This document shows positions 10,384 to 20,034 of a DNA stretch of 64,000 nucleotides, in pieces (position 1 is the first letter of the stretch; every line of letters starts with the position of its first letter). Position numbers and translations under genes: made by a program. The DNA comes from Armatimonadota bacterium (GTDB lineage: Bacteria; Armatimonadota; SYMT01), in contig JAWLHY010000002.1 of the NCBI GenBank assembly GCA_041690135.1, positions 1,040,342 through 1,104,341 of the forward strand. Reading direction: 5' to 3'. Below the pieces are notes generated by a model that was not told where the DNA came from, ran no database searches, and saw only the letters and a list, made by a program, of their open reading frames with translations.

Positions 10384-11640
10384 ATGCACGTCCACACCCT
10401 CAATGGCCGGTCTCACGCTAACGGCGCCGTCGCCCTGCTCGAAAAGCCAGGTCCGCTCCCCGCGCCCCCTCCCGGCCTCCCCCAAGCCAATCGCGATCGT
10501 GATCGTGATCTCCCCGAGCCGTCTCTTCCTTCCCTCGTGCTAACTCTCGCACCCTTCTCTGCGGAACAGCTCCGCTCGCCCCACGGCCCCAAAGGCAATC
10601 CCTGTTCTCATCAGCCGTCGACCGCCCCCGCCTCCGATTTTCCTGATCCTCATCCTGATCGGCCGCAGCCTGTTCTTACTCTTACTCCTACTCCTACTCC
10701 TACTCCTACTCCTACTCCTACTCCTACTCCTACTCCTACTCCTACTCCCCAGACCCCCAAACTCTCCTCCCTGAACTCCCTCTCCCACGGCGTCCTCGCC
10801 CGCACCCCCGTGCTGCCCGGCGTGGAAAGCGAAACCGAGTGGCAGGCGTTCCGCGCCGGCATCCTCGCGGATTTCGCGCCGGTAGGGACCGCCCAGGAAG
10901 AGATCGCCGACGAAATCGCCGGGCTCATGTGGCGCAAGCGGCGCGTCACCCGGATGGAGACCGCCTGCTTCCACCAGGCCATCACCATGGCCCGGCAGGC
11001 CGGAGATCCCCATCCCGAGCTCGCCACGCCCACCGAGGCCGAGCTGCAAAAGGTCGCCCGCTACGAGGCCCACCTCACCCGTAACCTCCAGCGCTGCCTC
11101 AAGCTGCTCAAGGATCTCCGCACCCTGCCGCCCGACCCCAGCCACACTCGTGAACGTGACTGTAATCGGGATCGGTCACCTGATCCTTCGTATCAGTGCG
11201 AAACCCACAATTGCGAAACAAACTCCCGATTCTCATCCGACCCGCATAGTCTTAATCGTAATCCTCATCCTAATCGGCCGCAGGCCCCACCTTCAACTTT
11301 CAACCTGACCGACTGGACCGACACCCTCATCCGCGATGCCGAAGCCGTCATCGCCCGCAGCCAGGCCGCCCGCGCCTCCGCCGCCGCAAATCACGCGTCA
11401 ACGGGTTCCACTTCCAATCCGCCCGCTCCGACCAATCCGTCCGATCAAACCGAACCCCACAATTGCGAAACGAACTCCCCTCCCGTCTCCGCGCCTCCTA
11501 CTCCTGCTCCTACTCCTACTCCTACTCTTACTCCTGATCCGCCATTGGCCTCCGATCCGTCGGAACTCCACAATTGCGAAACGAACTTCTCCTCCGCCTC
11601 CGAAAAGGAAACCACGGAAACACCCTCAGCTTTGACCTGA
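10384..11640 (+). CDS. Uncharacterised protein: helical core (NSLSHGVLA...VLPGVESETEW...MWRKRR...RYEAHL), PT repeats and 3x HNCETN motif
   Basis: GGAGG SD at ~10373 before ATG 10384; high GC3 codon usage in the core ~10770-11140; low-complexity flanks. Confidence 0.65.
   Translation: MHVHTLNGRSHANGAVALLEKPGPLPAPPPGLPQANRDRDRDLPEPSLPSLVLTLAPFSAEQLRSPHGPKGNPCSHQPSTAPASDFPDPHPDRPQPVLTLTPTPTPTPTPTPTPTPTPTPTPQTPKLSSLNSLSHGVLARTPVLPGVESETEWQAFRAGILADFAPVGTAQEEIADEIAGLMWRKRRVTRMETACFHQAITMARQAGDPHPELATPTEAELQKVARYEAHLTRNLQRCLKLLKDLRTLPPDPSHTRERDCNRDRSPDPSYQCETHNCETNSRFSSDPHSLNRNPHPNRPQAPPSTFNLTDWTDTLIRDAEAVIARSQAARASAAANHASTGSTSNPPAPTNPSDQTEPHNCETNSPPVSAPPTPAPTPTPTLTPDPPLASDPSELHNCETNFSSASEKETTETPSALT
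10676..10748 (+). repeat. (ACTCCT)n microsatellite encoding (PT)n
   Basis: About 11 tandem ACTCCT units; a shorter degenerate copy at ~11495-11535. Confidence 0.95.
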
Positions 11641-11709
11641 ATGGACCAGCGCGAAGGTCAGATTCTTCCCCCAGCCGGGCACCGGGTACCCCGAAGGGGT
11701 GTGGGTGGC

Positions 11710-12143
11710 GGGGACAGGGGGGCGAAAGCGCGGAAGCCGGCACTTCATCCCGCCAACCGGAACTGGACCTTGGCATGAGCCATCCTAATCCTACTCATTG
11801 TCATTATCCTAATCCGCGAAGCCCTGGGACAGGGGGCCGAAACTGCGGAAGCACGCACTTCATCCTGCCAAACGGAACCAGGCCTTGGCCGAGACCCTCA
11901 TAATCCTAATCTTTATCTTGATCCTAATCCGCCAAGCCGGGGGGACAGGGGGCCGCAAAGGCGGAAGTATGCACCTCCTCCGGCCCGAAAAGCGAGGTCT
12001 TGGCCTCAATCTTCCTTATCCTTATCTTTATCCGCGAAGCCAGGGGGGCCGAAGACGCGGAAGTACGCACTTCGCCCCGCCAAACGAGCCGTGCCTTGGC
12101 GTGAGCCATCCTAATCCTAATCCTCATCTTCATCCGCGAAGCC
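11710..12143 (+). repeat. Four degenerate ~100-115-bp tandem units (GGGGGCCGAA..GCGGAAG..GCAC...CTTGGC...(ATCCTA)n ATCCGCGAAGCC)
   Basis: Units start at ~11710, 11826, 11941 and 12042 with the same motif order. Confidence 0.85.
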
Positions 12144-12454
12144 CGAATTGCCCTGACCCCTCCCCCCGAATCCAACCGACTATCAGATTCAGCCGTGTTT
12201 GCCCCTCCTCCACTGCCCTGGTAGGCTATGATCAGGGGCCGAGGATAGGGGGTTAGGGGCCGGGGGTAGGGTGCTTGTCCCGCGGGCATACCACCGTACG
12301 GGTTGCCCTGCCCGCGCCGGGTACCCACGAAGCATTTCGGCTGCAGTCCAACTGCAGCCGATCCTGGAGAATTTACCAACAACATCCTGAATGCCCGAAA
12401 GCCCGAATGCCGGAAAGCCTGAACGCCCGCACCCAAAGCATGTCCCTCAAGCAA

Positions 12455-12735
12455 CACACGCAATACGCATCACGCAGCAGCCCGAGGTAGTCCCATTGCC
12501 ATCGCACCTACCTCGCGCGAAAGTATTACGCATTACGCAATACGCATCACGCACGCGTCCGAGGTAGTAGCCCAAGCCTCCCACATACCCAACGCACGAA
12601 AGTCTTCGCATCACGCATCACGCACTACGCACTACGTAATACGCATCACGCCCCCACGTCCGAGGCGCAATCCCTGCTCCCGCAGCCGCCTCGCACGGTA
12701 GCCTCACGTTTCACGCAATACGCATCACGCATCAC
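12455..12735 (+). repeat. Second heptamer (TACGCA/TCACGCA) block with CCGAGG-core-CGWAAG units, abutting the ftsK start
   Basis: Core 12657-12705 is nearly identical to 2494-2540. Confidence 0.85.
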
Positions 12736-12740
12736 TCCGT

Positions 12741-15416
12741 ATGCCCACCACCAAGACCGCATCCCGCACCCGCCGGCCCCGCAGTAAACCGGCTGCCGCC
12801 TCTTCCCGCGCCCGCAACGAGGGCGGGAAGGGGGCCGCGGCGATCCCCCAGTCGCCGCAGCTCCGTTCCGACCTCTTCGCCCTGGGCATGGTCCTGGTCG
12901 CGGCTCTGCTCGGGCTGGCCCTTCTGCGGCCGGGCAGCACCGGCATGGTGGGGGCGGGACTGGTCCACTTCGTGCGGCTCTGGATGGGGCATGCGGTCCA
13001 CGTGGCGCCGATCCTCATGGTGGGCGCGGCCCTGATGCTGGTCTTCGACTACCGCCGCGCGACCAACCTGCAGATGGTGGCGGGCGTCACCTGCCTGCTC
13101 ATCACGCTCTTCGGTTTCGTGCACCTGCTCACCACCACCCACGGGCACGAGTTCGATAGCACCGGAGCTCGTTTCCAGGCGCTCCTCCGGCGCTCGCACA
13201 ACTCGGGCCTGGTCCTGCACCCGGACGGCGGCGTCTTCGGCGCGATCATCATGTCGCTCATGTTCCCGCTGGGCAAGCTGGGGTCGTACGTCACCCTCGT
13301 GGCCTTCGCCGGGGCGGGAATCCTCCTGATTACCGAGCTGACCATCCGCGGCGTGCTGGAGCGGATGCATGAGCGTTCCCGCATTGCCACCGAGGCTGCG
13401 CGGCTGCGCGCCGCCGCGATGAGCGAGCGGGCGCGGGAGACGGTGGCGGCCCTCCCGGCGCGGCGGTCTCAGGACCTCTTCCTGGAGTTGGGCGACGGCG
13501 AGGAAGAAGAGGAATACGAAGAGGAAGAGGAAGAAGAGCGACCGGCTCGTCCGTCTCTACGGGACCGCCTGTTGAAGCGGGGCGAGAACCCGCGCCGCAC
13601 CGAACGCTCGGAACGGTCCGAGCGGCCCGAGCCCGCGCCGGTCGAGGAGGCAAGACCCCGGCCGAAAAGCCGCCGCGAGCGCGAGGCCCAGCCCGAGGAG
13701 TTCCAGCCGGCCCTCCCCGCGTCGCTGCCCGCGGAGGAGGACCCGTTCGCCCCGCTGCCGTTCGTCCGCACCCTGGACACCACGGAGGACGAGCCGGAGT
13801 CGATGACGGCGTCGGCCCCGGAGCGCCCCGCTCCGAAGCCGAAGGCGAAGCCCGCGCGCCCGGCCCGCCGCGACGGGGCCGGCTACCTGCTGCCGCCGCT
13901 GGACCTGCTGGAGAGCCCGCTACCCAGGCCGAAGCAGAAGTCCGGCGAGGCGGAGGCGAACATCTCCACTCTGGAGAACACGCTGGCCCAGTTCCGCATC
14001 CAGGCGCAGGTGGTGGAGATCGCCGACGGGCCTTCCGTCACCCGCTACGAAATTCGGTTGGGGGAGGGGATCCGGGTGAAGAAGATCCTCGACCTGGCGG
14101 ACAACATCGCCATGTCCCTGGCGGCGATGTCGGTTCGCGTCGAGGCGCCCATCCCCGGCAAGGCGGCGATCGGCATCGAGGTGCCGAAGAAGAACTGCTC
14201 CATCGTCACCCTGAAGGAGTGCCTGGAGTCCGACGAGTTCAAGGACTTCCATTCCAAGGTCTCGTTCGTCCTCGGGCGGGACGTCGGCGGCAACGTGCGC
14301 TGCGCGGACCTCGCCAAGATGCCGCACCTCCTGGTGGCGGGCGCCACGAACTCCGGCAAGAGCGTCTGTCTCAACGTGCTCATCGCCAGTATGCTCTACC
14401 GGGCCACGCCCGACGAGCTCAAGATGATCATGATCGACCCGAAGCGGGTGGAGCTCACCCTTTACGACGGCATCCCACACCTGATCCACCCGGTGGTGAA
14501 AGACGTGAAACAGGCGGCCGGTATCCTGCGCTGGGTGCTCAAGGAGATGGACCGCCGCTACGACCTCTTCGCCCGCGTGATGACGCGGAACATCGAAAAC
14601 TACAACCAGAAGATGAAGGACCAGGGCGGGGAGCACCTGCCGTTCCTGGTGGTCGTCATCGACGAGTTGGCGGACCTGATGATGCAGCAGGGTCCCGAGG
14701 TGGAACAGGCCATCTGCCGTCTGGCGCAGCTCGCCCGCGCCACCGGCATCCACCTGGTCATCGCCACGCAGCGCCCCTCCGTGGACGTTATCACCGGTCT
14801 CATCAAGGCGAACGTGCCCTCCCGCATCGCCTTCTCGGTCAGCTCCCAGGTCGATAGCCGCACCATCCTCGACCAGAAGGGCGCGGAGAACCTGGTGGGC
14901 CGGGGCGACATGCTCTTCAAGCCGATCGACGCCAACAAGCCGATCCGCATCCAGGGCGCGTTCCTGAAGGAGTCGGAAGTCGAGCGGCTGGTCAACCACC
15001 TCAAAGCCCAGGGCCGGCCCGAGTACATCGCGGAAGCGCTGGCGGTGGACCACGGCGCCTACGGCCAGGAAAGCCAGGAAGAATCCGAAGACGAGATGTT
15101 CGAGCCGGCCGCTCGCTTCGTCGTCACCACCGGCCACGCCTCCACCTCGATGATCCAGCGGAAGTTCAAGATCGGCTACACCCGCGCCGCCCGCCTCGTG
15201 GACATGATGGAGGCGCGCGGCATCGTCGGCCCCCTCGACGGCGCCCGCCCCCGCGAGATCCGCATGAGCCGCGACCTGCTCGACCAGATGTTCCTCAACA
15301 CCCGCAACTCCCTCTACGGCGGCGCCGGCCACGGCGTGAATGACGAGGACGAAGAGGAAGAAGAGATCGAGGAAACCACCGGTGGGCGCGGGAACGACCC
15401 CTTTCTTGATGATTGA
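12741..15416 (+). CDS. ftsk: DNA translocase FtsK/SpoIIIE
   Basis: N-terminal 4TM domain, MPHLLVAGATNSGKS Walker A, VVVIDELADLMM, IHLVIATQRPSVDVITG, gamma domain STSMIQRKFKIGYTRAARL. Confidence 0.97.
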   Translation: MPTTKTASRTRRPRSKPAAASSRARNEGGKGAAAIPQSPQLRSDLFALGMVLVAALLGLALLRPGSTGMVGAGLVHFVRLWMGHAVHVAPILMVGAALMLVFDYRRATNLQMVAGVTCLLITLFGFVHLLTTTHGHEFDSTGARFQALLRRSHNSGLVLHPDGGVFGAIIMSLMFPLGKLGSYVTLVAFAGAGILLITELTIRGVLERMHERSRIATEAARLRAAAMSERARETVAALPARRSQDLFLELGDGEEEEEYEEEEEEERPARPSLRDRLLKRGENPRRTERSERSERPEPAPVEEARPRPKSRREREAQPEEFQPALPASLPAEEDPFAPLPFVRTLDTTEDEPESMTASAPERPAPKPKAKPARPARRDGAGYLLPPLDLLESPLPRPKQKSGEAEANISTLENTLAQFRIQAQVVEIADGPSVTRYEIRLGEGIRVKKILDLADNIAMSLAAMSVRVEAPIPGKAAIGIEVPKKNCSIVTLKECLESDEFKDFHSKVSFVLGRDVGGNVRCADLAKMPHLLVAGATNSGKSVCLNVLIASMLYRATPDELKMIMIDPKRVELTLYDGIPHLIHPVVKDVKQAAGILRWVLKEMDRRYDLFARVMTRNIENYNQKMKDQGGEHLPFLVVVIDELADLMMQQGPEVEQAICRLAQLARATGIHLVIATQRPSVDVITGLIKANVPSRIAFSVSSQVDSRTILDQKGAENLVGRGDMLFKPIDANKPIRIQGAFLKESEVERLVNHLKAQGRPEYIAEALAVDHGAYGQESQEESEDEMFEPAARFVVTTGHASTSMIQRKFKIGYTRAARLVDMMEARGIVGPLDGARPREIRMSRDLLDQMFLNTRNSLYGGAGHGVNDEDEEEEEIEETTGGRGNDPFLDD

Positions 15417-15791
15417 ACTTTAGAGATAAAGAACTAACGCACCGGTGTTCCGCCTTGTGGACGCAGTCGTTCAGGTGACTGCCGTTCCCAAATCTCATAG
15501 CCGTGGGCGAGGTATGTGCAACTGGTAATACCTGACGGCAGAGTCAGGAAGAGGAGGCGAGTGGGCAAGCCTATGGCGATTCGACGGTTACCGTCGGATC
15601 CGGGCTCGTTGAATCCTACTCGTCTTGAGCGTGGGCTCCCCCTCTCTGCGTCGGCGGGCCCCCTATGGGTGGGCCGGGGGGGTGAGGTTACCCGGGTCAC
15701 CGCACCGGTCAACGTGGACGGAGTTGGGGCTGGATGCCCGTTGGATACCGTTTCGGCCAGGGAAGAACCTGTCCCGCAATGGTCACGGATT

Positions 15792-15832
15792 CCCCTCTCC
15801 CGCAGCGTGGGAGAGGGGTGAGGGGTGAGGGC
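15792..15832 (+). repeat. REP-like palindrome CCCCTCTCCC-GCAGCGT-GGGAGAGGGG-TGAGGGGTGAGGG
   Basis: Perfect 10-bp inverted repeat with a GGGTGAGG tail; lies between convergent genes. Confidence 0.75.
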
Positions 15833-15900
15833 CGTCGTGGCGATCGGTAAGCCTGCTGTAATCCTCGGCTCCCGTCGGACGCCGCCGCACCCAACGACCC

Positions 15901-16197
15901 TTACCGTCGGGCCTCCTCAAAAGCCTCCGCGGTATCGTGGTGCCGTTCCTCCGGACTGTTGTACGGGTGCAACTCCTCTTCGACGGCGTCCACGTAAACC
16001 ACATCGTTGTGCAGGCGCGCCACCAGTTCCCCCGGCACCAGCAGGGCATGGGTGAACAGGTTCGGCCGTACCGCCAGGCCCACGAAGATGCCGCTCCCTT
16101 CGTCCACGATCACCTCGCTCACGCCGCCGATGGTCTCCCCATCCCGGCCGCGGACCTGCATTCCCTTCTTGATCTCGGCGTAACTTCCCTCGCGCAT
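15901..16197 (-). CDS. PRC-barrel / DUF2171-like small protein
   Basis: IKKGMQVRGRDGETIGGVSEVIVD; GGGAGG SD before ATG 16197. Confidence 0.75.
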   Translation of the reverse strand: MREGSYAEIKKGMQVRGRDGETIGGVSEVIVDEGSGIFVGLAVRPNLFTHALLVPGELVARLHNDVVYVDAVEEELHPYNSPEERHHDTAEAFEEARR

Positions 16198-16367
16198 GGC
16201 TTGCCTCCCAACTCTCTCCATACCCGGTCGGCCCGCTCCGGAAACGAAAGCCGCCAGGGCCCTCTTTGCGATTACCCCCCCGGATCCTGGTCCTCAACAC
16301 CAAACTTCCAGCCATTCCCCACCCGAAAGTGGACAGTTGGCCGGTAGTGACGGAAGATAGGTTGGGT

Positions 16368-17636
16368 ATGCCTGACGTCTTGGAAGCACAGTTGCAGAAC
16401 GGCCTCCGCGTATTGATCCGCGAGAGCCATGCCGCTCCGGTGGTGAGCTGCTGGGCGGGTTACCGCGTAGGCGCCCGGAACGAGCGTCCCGGCATCACGG
16501 GGGCGTCTCACTGGGTGGAGCACATGAGCTTCAAGGGCAGTGCTCGCCTGGGCAAGGGGGACATCTTTCGGTTCACCGCCCGCCACGGCGGCACCAATAA
16601 CGGATTCACCACCGACGACCTCACCCTCTACTACGAAACGCTCCCCTCCGCGCAGCTCGATACCGCCCTGCTGATCGAATCCGAGCGGATGGGTTACGCC
16701 CTGTTCGATGCGGACGAGACGGAGAAGGAACGTACCGTGATCCTGGCGGAGCGTTCCGGCGCCGAGAACAACCCGCATTTCGAGCTGTCGGAGCGGATGG
16801 GGGAGACCGTCTTCCTGGAGCACCCGTACCGCTGGCCGGTGATCGGCTTCCGCGAAGATCTGGAGCGGATGACCCGCGAGGATCTCTATACGCACTACCG
16901 CACCTACTACGCCCCCAATAACGCGGTGGTGGCCGTGGTGGGCGATGTGGATCCGCCCGCCGTGCTGGAGGAGATCCGGCGATACTTCGAACCGATTCCG
17001 GCGGGCGGAACGCCCCCGCCGGTCGAGGGTGCGGAGCCCCCGCAGACCGAGGAGCGGCGCCTGGAAGTCCGCAAACCGGGGGCCTCGGCTTACGTTCAAA
17101 TCGCCTACCACACTCCCGGCCTGGGTCATCCGGACTTCTATCCGCTGCTCATGGCGGATGCGCTCCTGAGCGGCGGGAAGTCGGTGAGTTGGGGCGGCGG
17201 TGGGTACATGGGTAGGACGGCGCGCCTCTACCCGGCCCTGGTCCACTCCAGCTTGGCGGTGAGTGCCGGCTCGGCGTTCCGCTTCACCCTGGACCCGTAC
17301 GTCTTCAGCCTGTCAATGACGGTGCGGCAGGGGGTGGATGCGAACCGGGCGGAGCAAGTACTCCTGGAAGTGGTTGAGGGGCTAGCGGCCAATCCCCCCT
17401 CTGACGCGGAGTTGTCACGGGTGCGCCGGCAGACGGAAGCGCAGTTCGCCTACAGCCGCGACGGGGTGACCAGCCAGGCCTTTGCCCTGCTCTTCTTCGA
17501 CCTTCTCGACCACTGGTCGTTTGTCGACCGTCACCTGGAGCGGCTCGCGCAGGTAACCCCCGCGGACGTGGCGCGGGTGGCCGCGACCTATTTCCGCCCG
17601 GAGAACCGGACGGTGGGATGGTTTATCCCGTCATGA
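16368..17636 (+). CDS. M16 (pitrilysin/insulinase) zinc peptidase, catalytic subunit
   Basis: LQNGLRV, GARNERPGITGASHWVEHM (HxxEH), NGFTTDD, HPYRWPVIG, YYAPNNA. Confidence 0.93.
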   Translation: MPDVLEAQLQNGLRVLIRESHAAPVVSCWAGYRVGARNERPGITGASHWVEHMSFKGSARLGKGDIFRFTARHGGTNNGFTTDDLTLYYETLPSAQLDTALLIESERMGYALFDADETEKERTVILAERSGAENNPHFELSERMGETVFLEHPYRWPVIGFREDLERMTREDLYTHYRTYYAPNNAVVAVVGDVDPPAVLEEIRRYFEPIPAGGTPPPVEGAEPPQTEERRLEVRKPGASAYVQIAYHTPGLGHPDFYPLLMADALLSGGKSVSWGGGGYMGRTARLYPALVHSSLAVSAGSAFRFTLDPYVFSLSMTVRQGVDANRAEQVLLEVVEGLAANPPSDAELSRVRRQTEAQFAYSRDGVTSQAFALLFFDLLDHWSFVDRHLERLAQVTPADVARVAATYFRPENRTVGWFIPS

Positions 17637-18886
17637 TCAGCCGGCTGGAGCCCTACCGGGAAGTTCTCGATAACGGCGTCGTGCTGCTGTACAACCGGAG
17701 CCGCGATACCCCCTCCGTGGCGCTCCGGGGCTCGCTGCCCGCCGGGTCCGCCCGCGAGCCGGAGGATAAGGCCGGCCTGGCCAGCTTCGTCGGGCGCATC
17801 CTGCGCCGCGGCACCACCCATCGTTTCTCCCAGGAGATCTCGGCGGTCGTGGAGGACATCGGGGCCAGTTTCGCCACCTGGGGCGGTACGGAAGAAGCAG
17901 GTTTTTCCGCCAAGTGCCTCGGGCGCGACCTTGCCACGGTGCTCGACCTCCTGCAGGAGGTGCTGGAGCAACCCGCCTTCCCCGAGACGGAGGTTGAGCG
18001 CACCCGGGCGGAAGTTCTCACCGTCCTCCGCGAGCATGAGGAAAGCACGCGAGCGCGCGCGGACCTGGCGATCCTGCGCATGCTCTATCCGGAGGGGCAT
18101 CCCTACTCTCGGCCCTCGATCGGAAACCGGGAGACGGTGGAAGCCCTGGGGCTGGAAGATTTCCGCGAATTCCACGATGTGTTTTACGCCGCGCCGGGTA
18201 TGATCGTAACCATAGCGGGCGACGTGGATCTGGACCTGGTCCGGGGTCGCCTCGCGGGTTGGTTCAAAGAGAAGCCGACGCCGCCGCCACTGTCCTCGTG
18301 GACCGTGGAGCCGAACGGAGATGCCGGGCGCGTGGTCATCCCGATGCCGCACAAGTCGCAGGTCGATCTGATCATGGCTGGCCCTGGTGTCCCGCGGCAT
18401 CACCCGGATTTCCTGCCGCTGACCATGGTCAACCTCATCCTGGGGAGCCTGGGGCTGATGGGACGTCTGGGAGAGCAGATCCGCGAGCAGCAGGGGATGG
18501 CCTATTACGTCTCCAGTCGTTCCACCAGCCGCCTGTGGGCCGGCGAGTGGACCGCGAACGCGGGCGTGGCGCCGGAGAACGTAGACCGGACCCTGGAGGC
18601 GATCCTGGAGCAGGTTCGGATCATCCGCCGCGAGCTGGTCTCGGAGACGGAGATGACGGACGCGACCGACTACCTGATTGGTTCGCTCCCGCTGCGCCTC
18701 GAGACGAACGACGGCATCGCCAGTTACCTGTTGAATACGGAATACTATCGGCTGGGGATCGATTACATCGACCGCTATCCCGGCCAGGTTCGGGCGCAAA
18801 CACGTGAGCGCCTGCGCCAGGCCGCTCAGGACCACATGGACCCCGACCGGTTTTCAATCGCGATGGCAGGACCGCTCCCACCATGA
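17633..18886 (+). CDS. M16 peptidase, non-catalytic partner subunit
   Basis: LDNGVVL, GLASF..ILRRGT (no HxxEH), HPYSRPSIG, RLGEQIREQQGMAYYV; ATGA overlap with the preceding gene. Confidence 0.9.
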   Translation: MISRLEPYREVLDNGVVLLYNRSRDTPSVALRGSLPAGSAREPEDKAGLASFVGRILRRGTTHRFSQEISAVVEDIGASFATWGGTEEAGFSAKCLGRDLATVLDLLQEVLEQPAFPETEVERTRAEVLTVLREHEESTRARADLAILRMLYPEGHPYSRPSIGNRETVEALGLEDFREFHDVFYAAPGMIVTIAGDVDLDLVRGRLAGWFKEKPTPPPLSSWTVEPNGDAGRVVIPMPHKSQVDLIMAGPGVPRHHPDFLPLTMVNLILGSLGLMGRLGEQIREQQGMAYYVSSRSTSRLWAGEWTANAGVAPENVDRTLEAILEQVRIIRRELVSETEMTDATDYLIGSLPLRLETNDGIASYLLNTEYYRLGIDYIDRYPGQVRAQTRERLRQAAQDHMDPDRFSIAMAGPLPP

Positions 18887-20031
18887 GCCTCACGCAGGAA
18901 GACCTGGGCCAACGCTACCTGACCGCCGCCACCGCTCTGGACCGTGGTGACGTGGAGCGCGCGCGCCGGGAGTTTGAGCTGCTGCTGCTCGATTGCCCGA
19001 AATTCGCGCCGGCCTGGGACGGCCTCGGCCGCTGTTTCGAGGCCGCGGATGAGCTGGAGCGCGCCGAGCACTGCTTCCGGAAGTCGATGCGTCTGGATCG
19101 GCGCAACTGGGCGAGCCGGTTCCATTGGGGTGCGGCCCTGCACCGGGCAGGTGAGCTCCAGGAAGCGTGTCGCTGGCTCCGCGAGGCCGTGAAGCTCGCT
19201 CCCGAGGAGCGTCGGATCCATCTGCGGCTGGGAATGTGCCACTTCGACCTGGGCGAATACGACCGGGCCCTGGCCTGTTACCGGAAAGCGCTCGAGCAAC
19301 CGGAGCGTGATATCCGGGATGCGGAGCTCTACGTCCACATCGGCAACGCCGAAACGGAGCGCGCGGATTACGAGGCTGCGGAAAAGGCCTACGAGCGCGC
19401 CTGCCTCATCGCGCCGGATGACCCGATGGTCTACTACCACTGGGCAGCGGTAACGGCTCGCAAGGGGGAATTGCGCGATGCGGAGCGCCTGGCTCGCCGG
19501 GCCTGTGCGCTGGCGCCGCAGTCGGGCGTCTGTCGTTTGCTCCTCGTCAACCTGGTCCTCGACTCGGAAGAGTGGGATAGCGCGGCCGACCGCATCCGGG
19601 AACTGGGCGACCGACCGGAGATGGCTCGCCTCGCCCGCGCGCTCAGCGCCGAGCTGGCCCGCCGGACCGGGGATCGTTCCACGGCGTATGCCCTGGCCGT
19701 TTCCACTCTGAAGATGGAAGGTCCCCCTTCGGACCAGGCGGTGGACGTGGCACTGGCCACGCTCCGCGAATTGCGGGGCATCCGGGCCGTCTGCCGGGGC
19801 TTCCGGTTTGTGTTCGAGGTCGCTTCCGGACCGCGGACCTACTTCCGCCCCTATGTGGTGTTGGCCGAAGCGGAAGACCAGGGGGTCGGCTTCGCCGCCG
19901 AACTGCAGGCCGCCCTGGATGAAGACCCCTGGAAGATCGCGGAAGTGGAAACCTTCGCGCACGGCGGGGAAACGCTGGCCGGCGTCTACAATGTCCTTCT
20001 CTCGAAGGTCTTCTTTCCCCGGTTGGACTGA
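18883..20031 (+). CDS. Tetratricopeptide-repeat protein
   Basis: Repeated TPR helices (AWDGLGRCF, HLRLGMCHFDLGEYDRALACYRKAL); ATGA coupling. Confidence 0.85.
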   Translation: MSLTQEDLGQRYLTAATALDRGDVERARREFELLLLDCPKFAPAWDGLGRCFEAADELERAEHCFRKSMRLDRRNWASRFHWGAALHRAGELQEACRWLREAVKLAPEERRIHLRLGMCHFDLGEYDRALACYRKALEQPERDIRDAELYVHIGNAETERADYEAAEKAYERACLIAPDDPMVYYHWAAVTARKGELRDAERLARRACALAPQSGVCRLLLVNLVLDSEEWDSAADRIRELGDRPEMARLARALSAELARRTGDRSTAYALAVSTLKMEGPPSDQAVDVALATLRELRGIRAVCRGFRFVFEVASGPRTYFRPYVVLAEAEDQGVGFAAELQAALDEDPWKIAEVETFAHGGETLAGVYNVLLSKVFFPRLD

Positions 20032-20034
20032 ACC

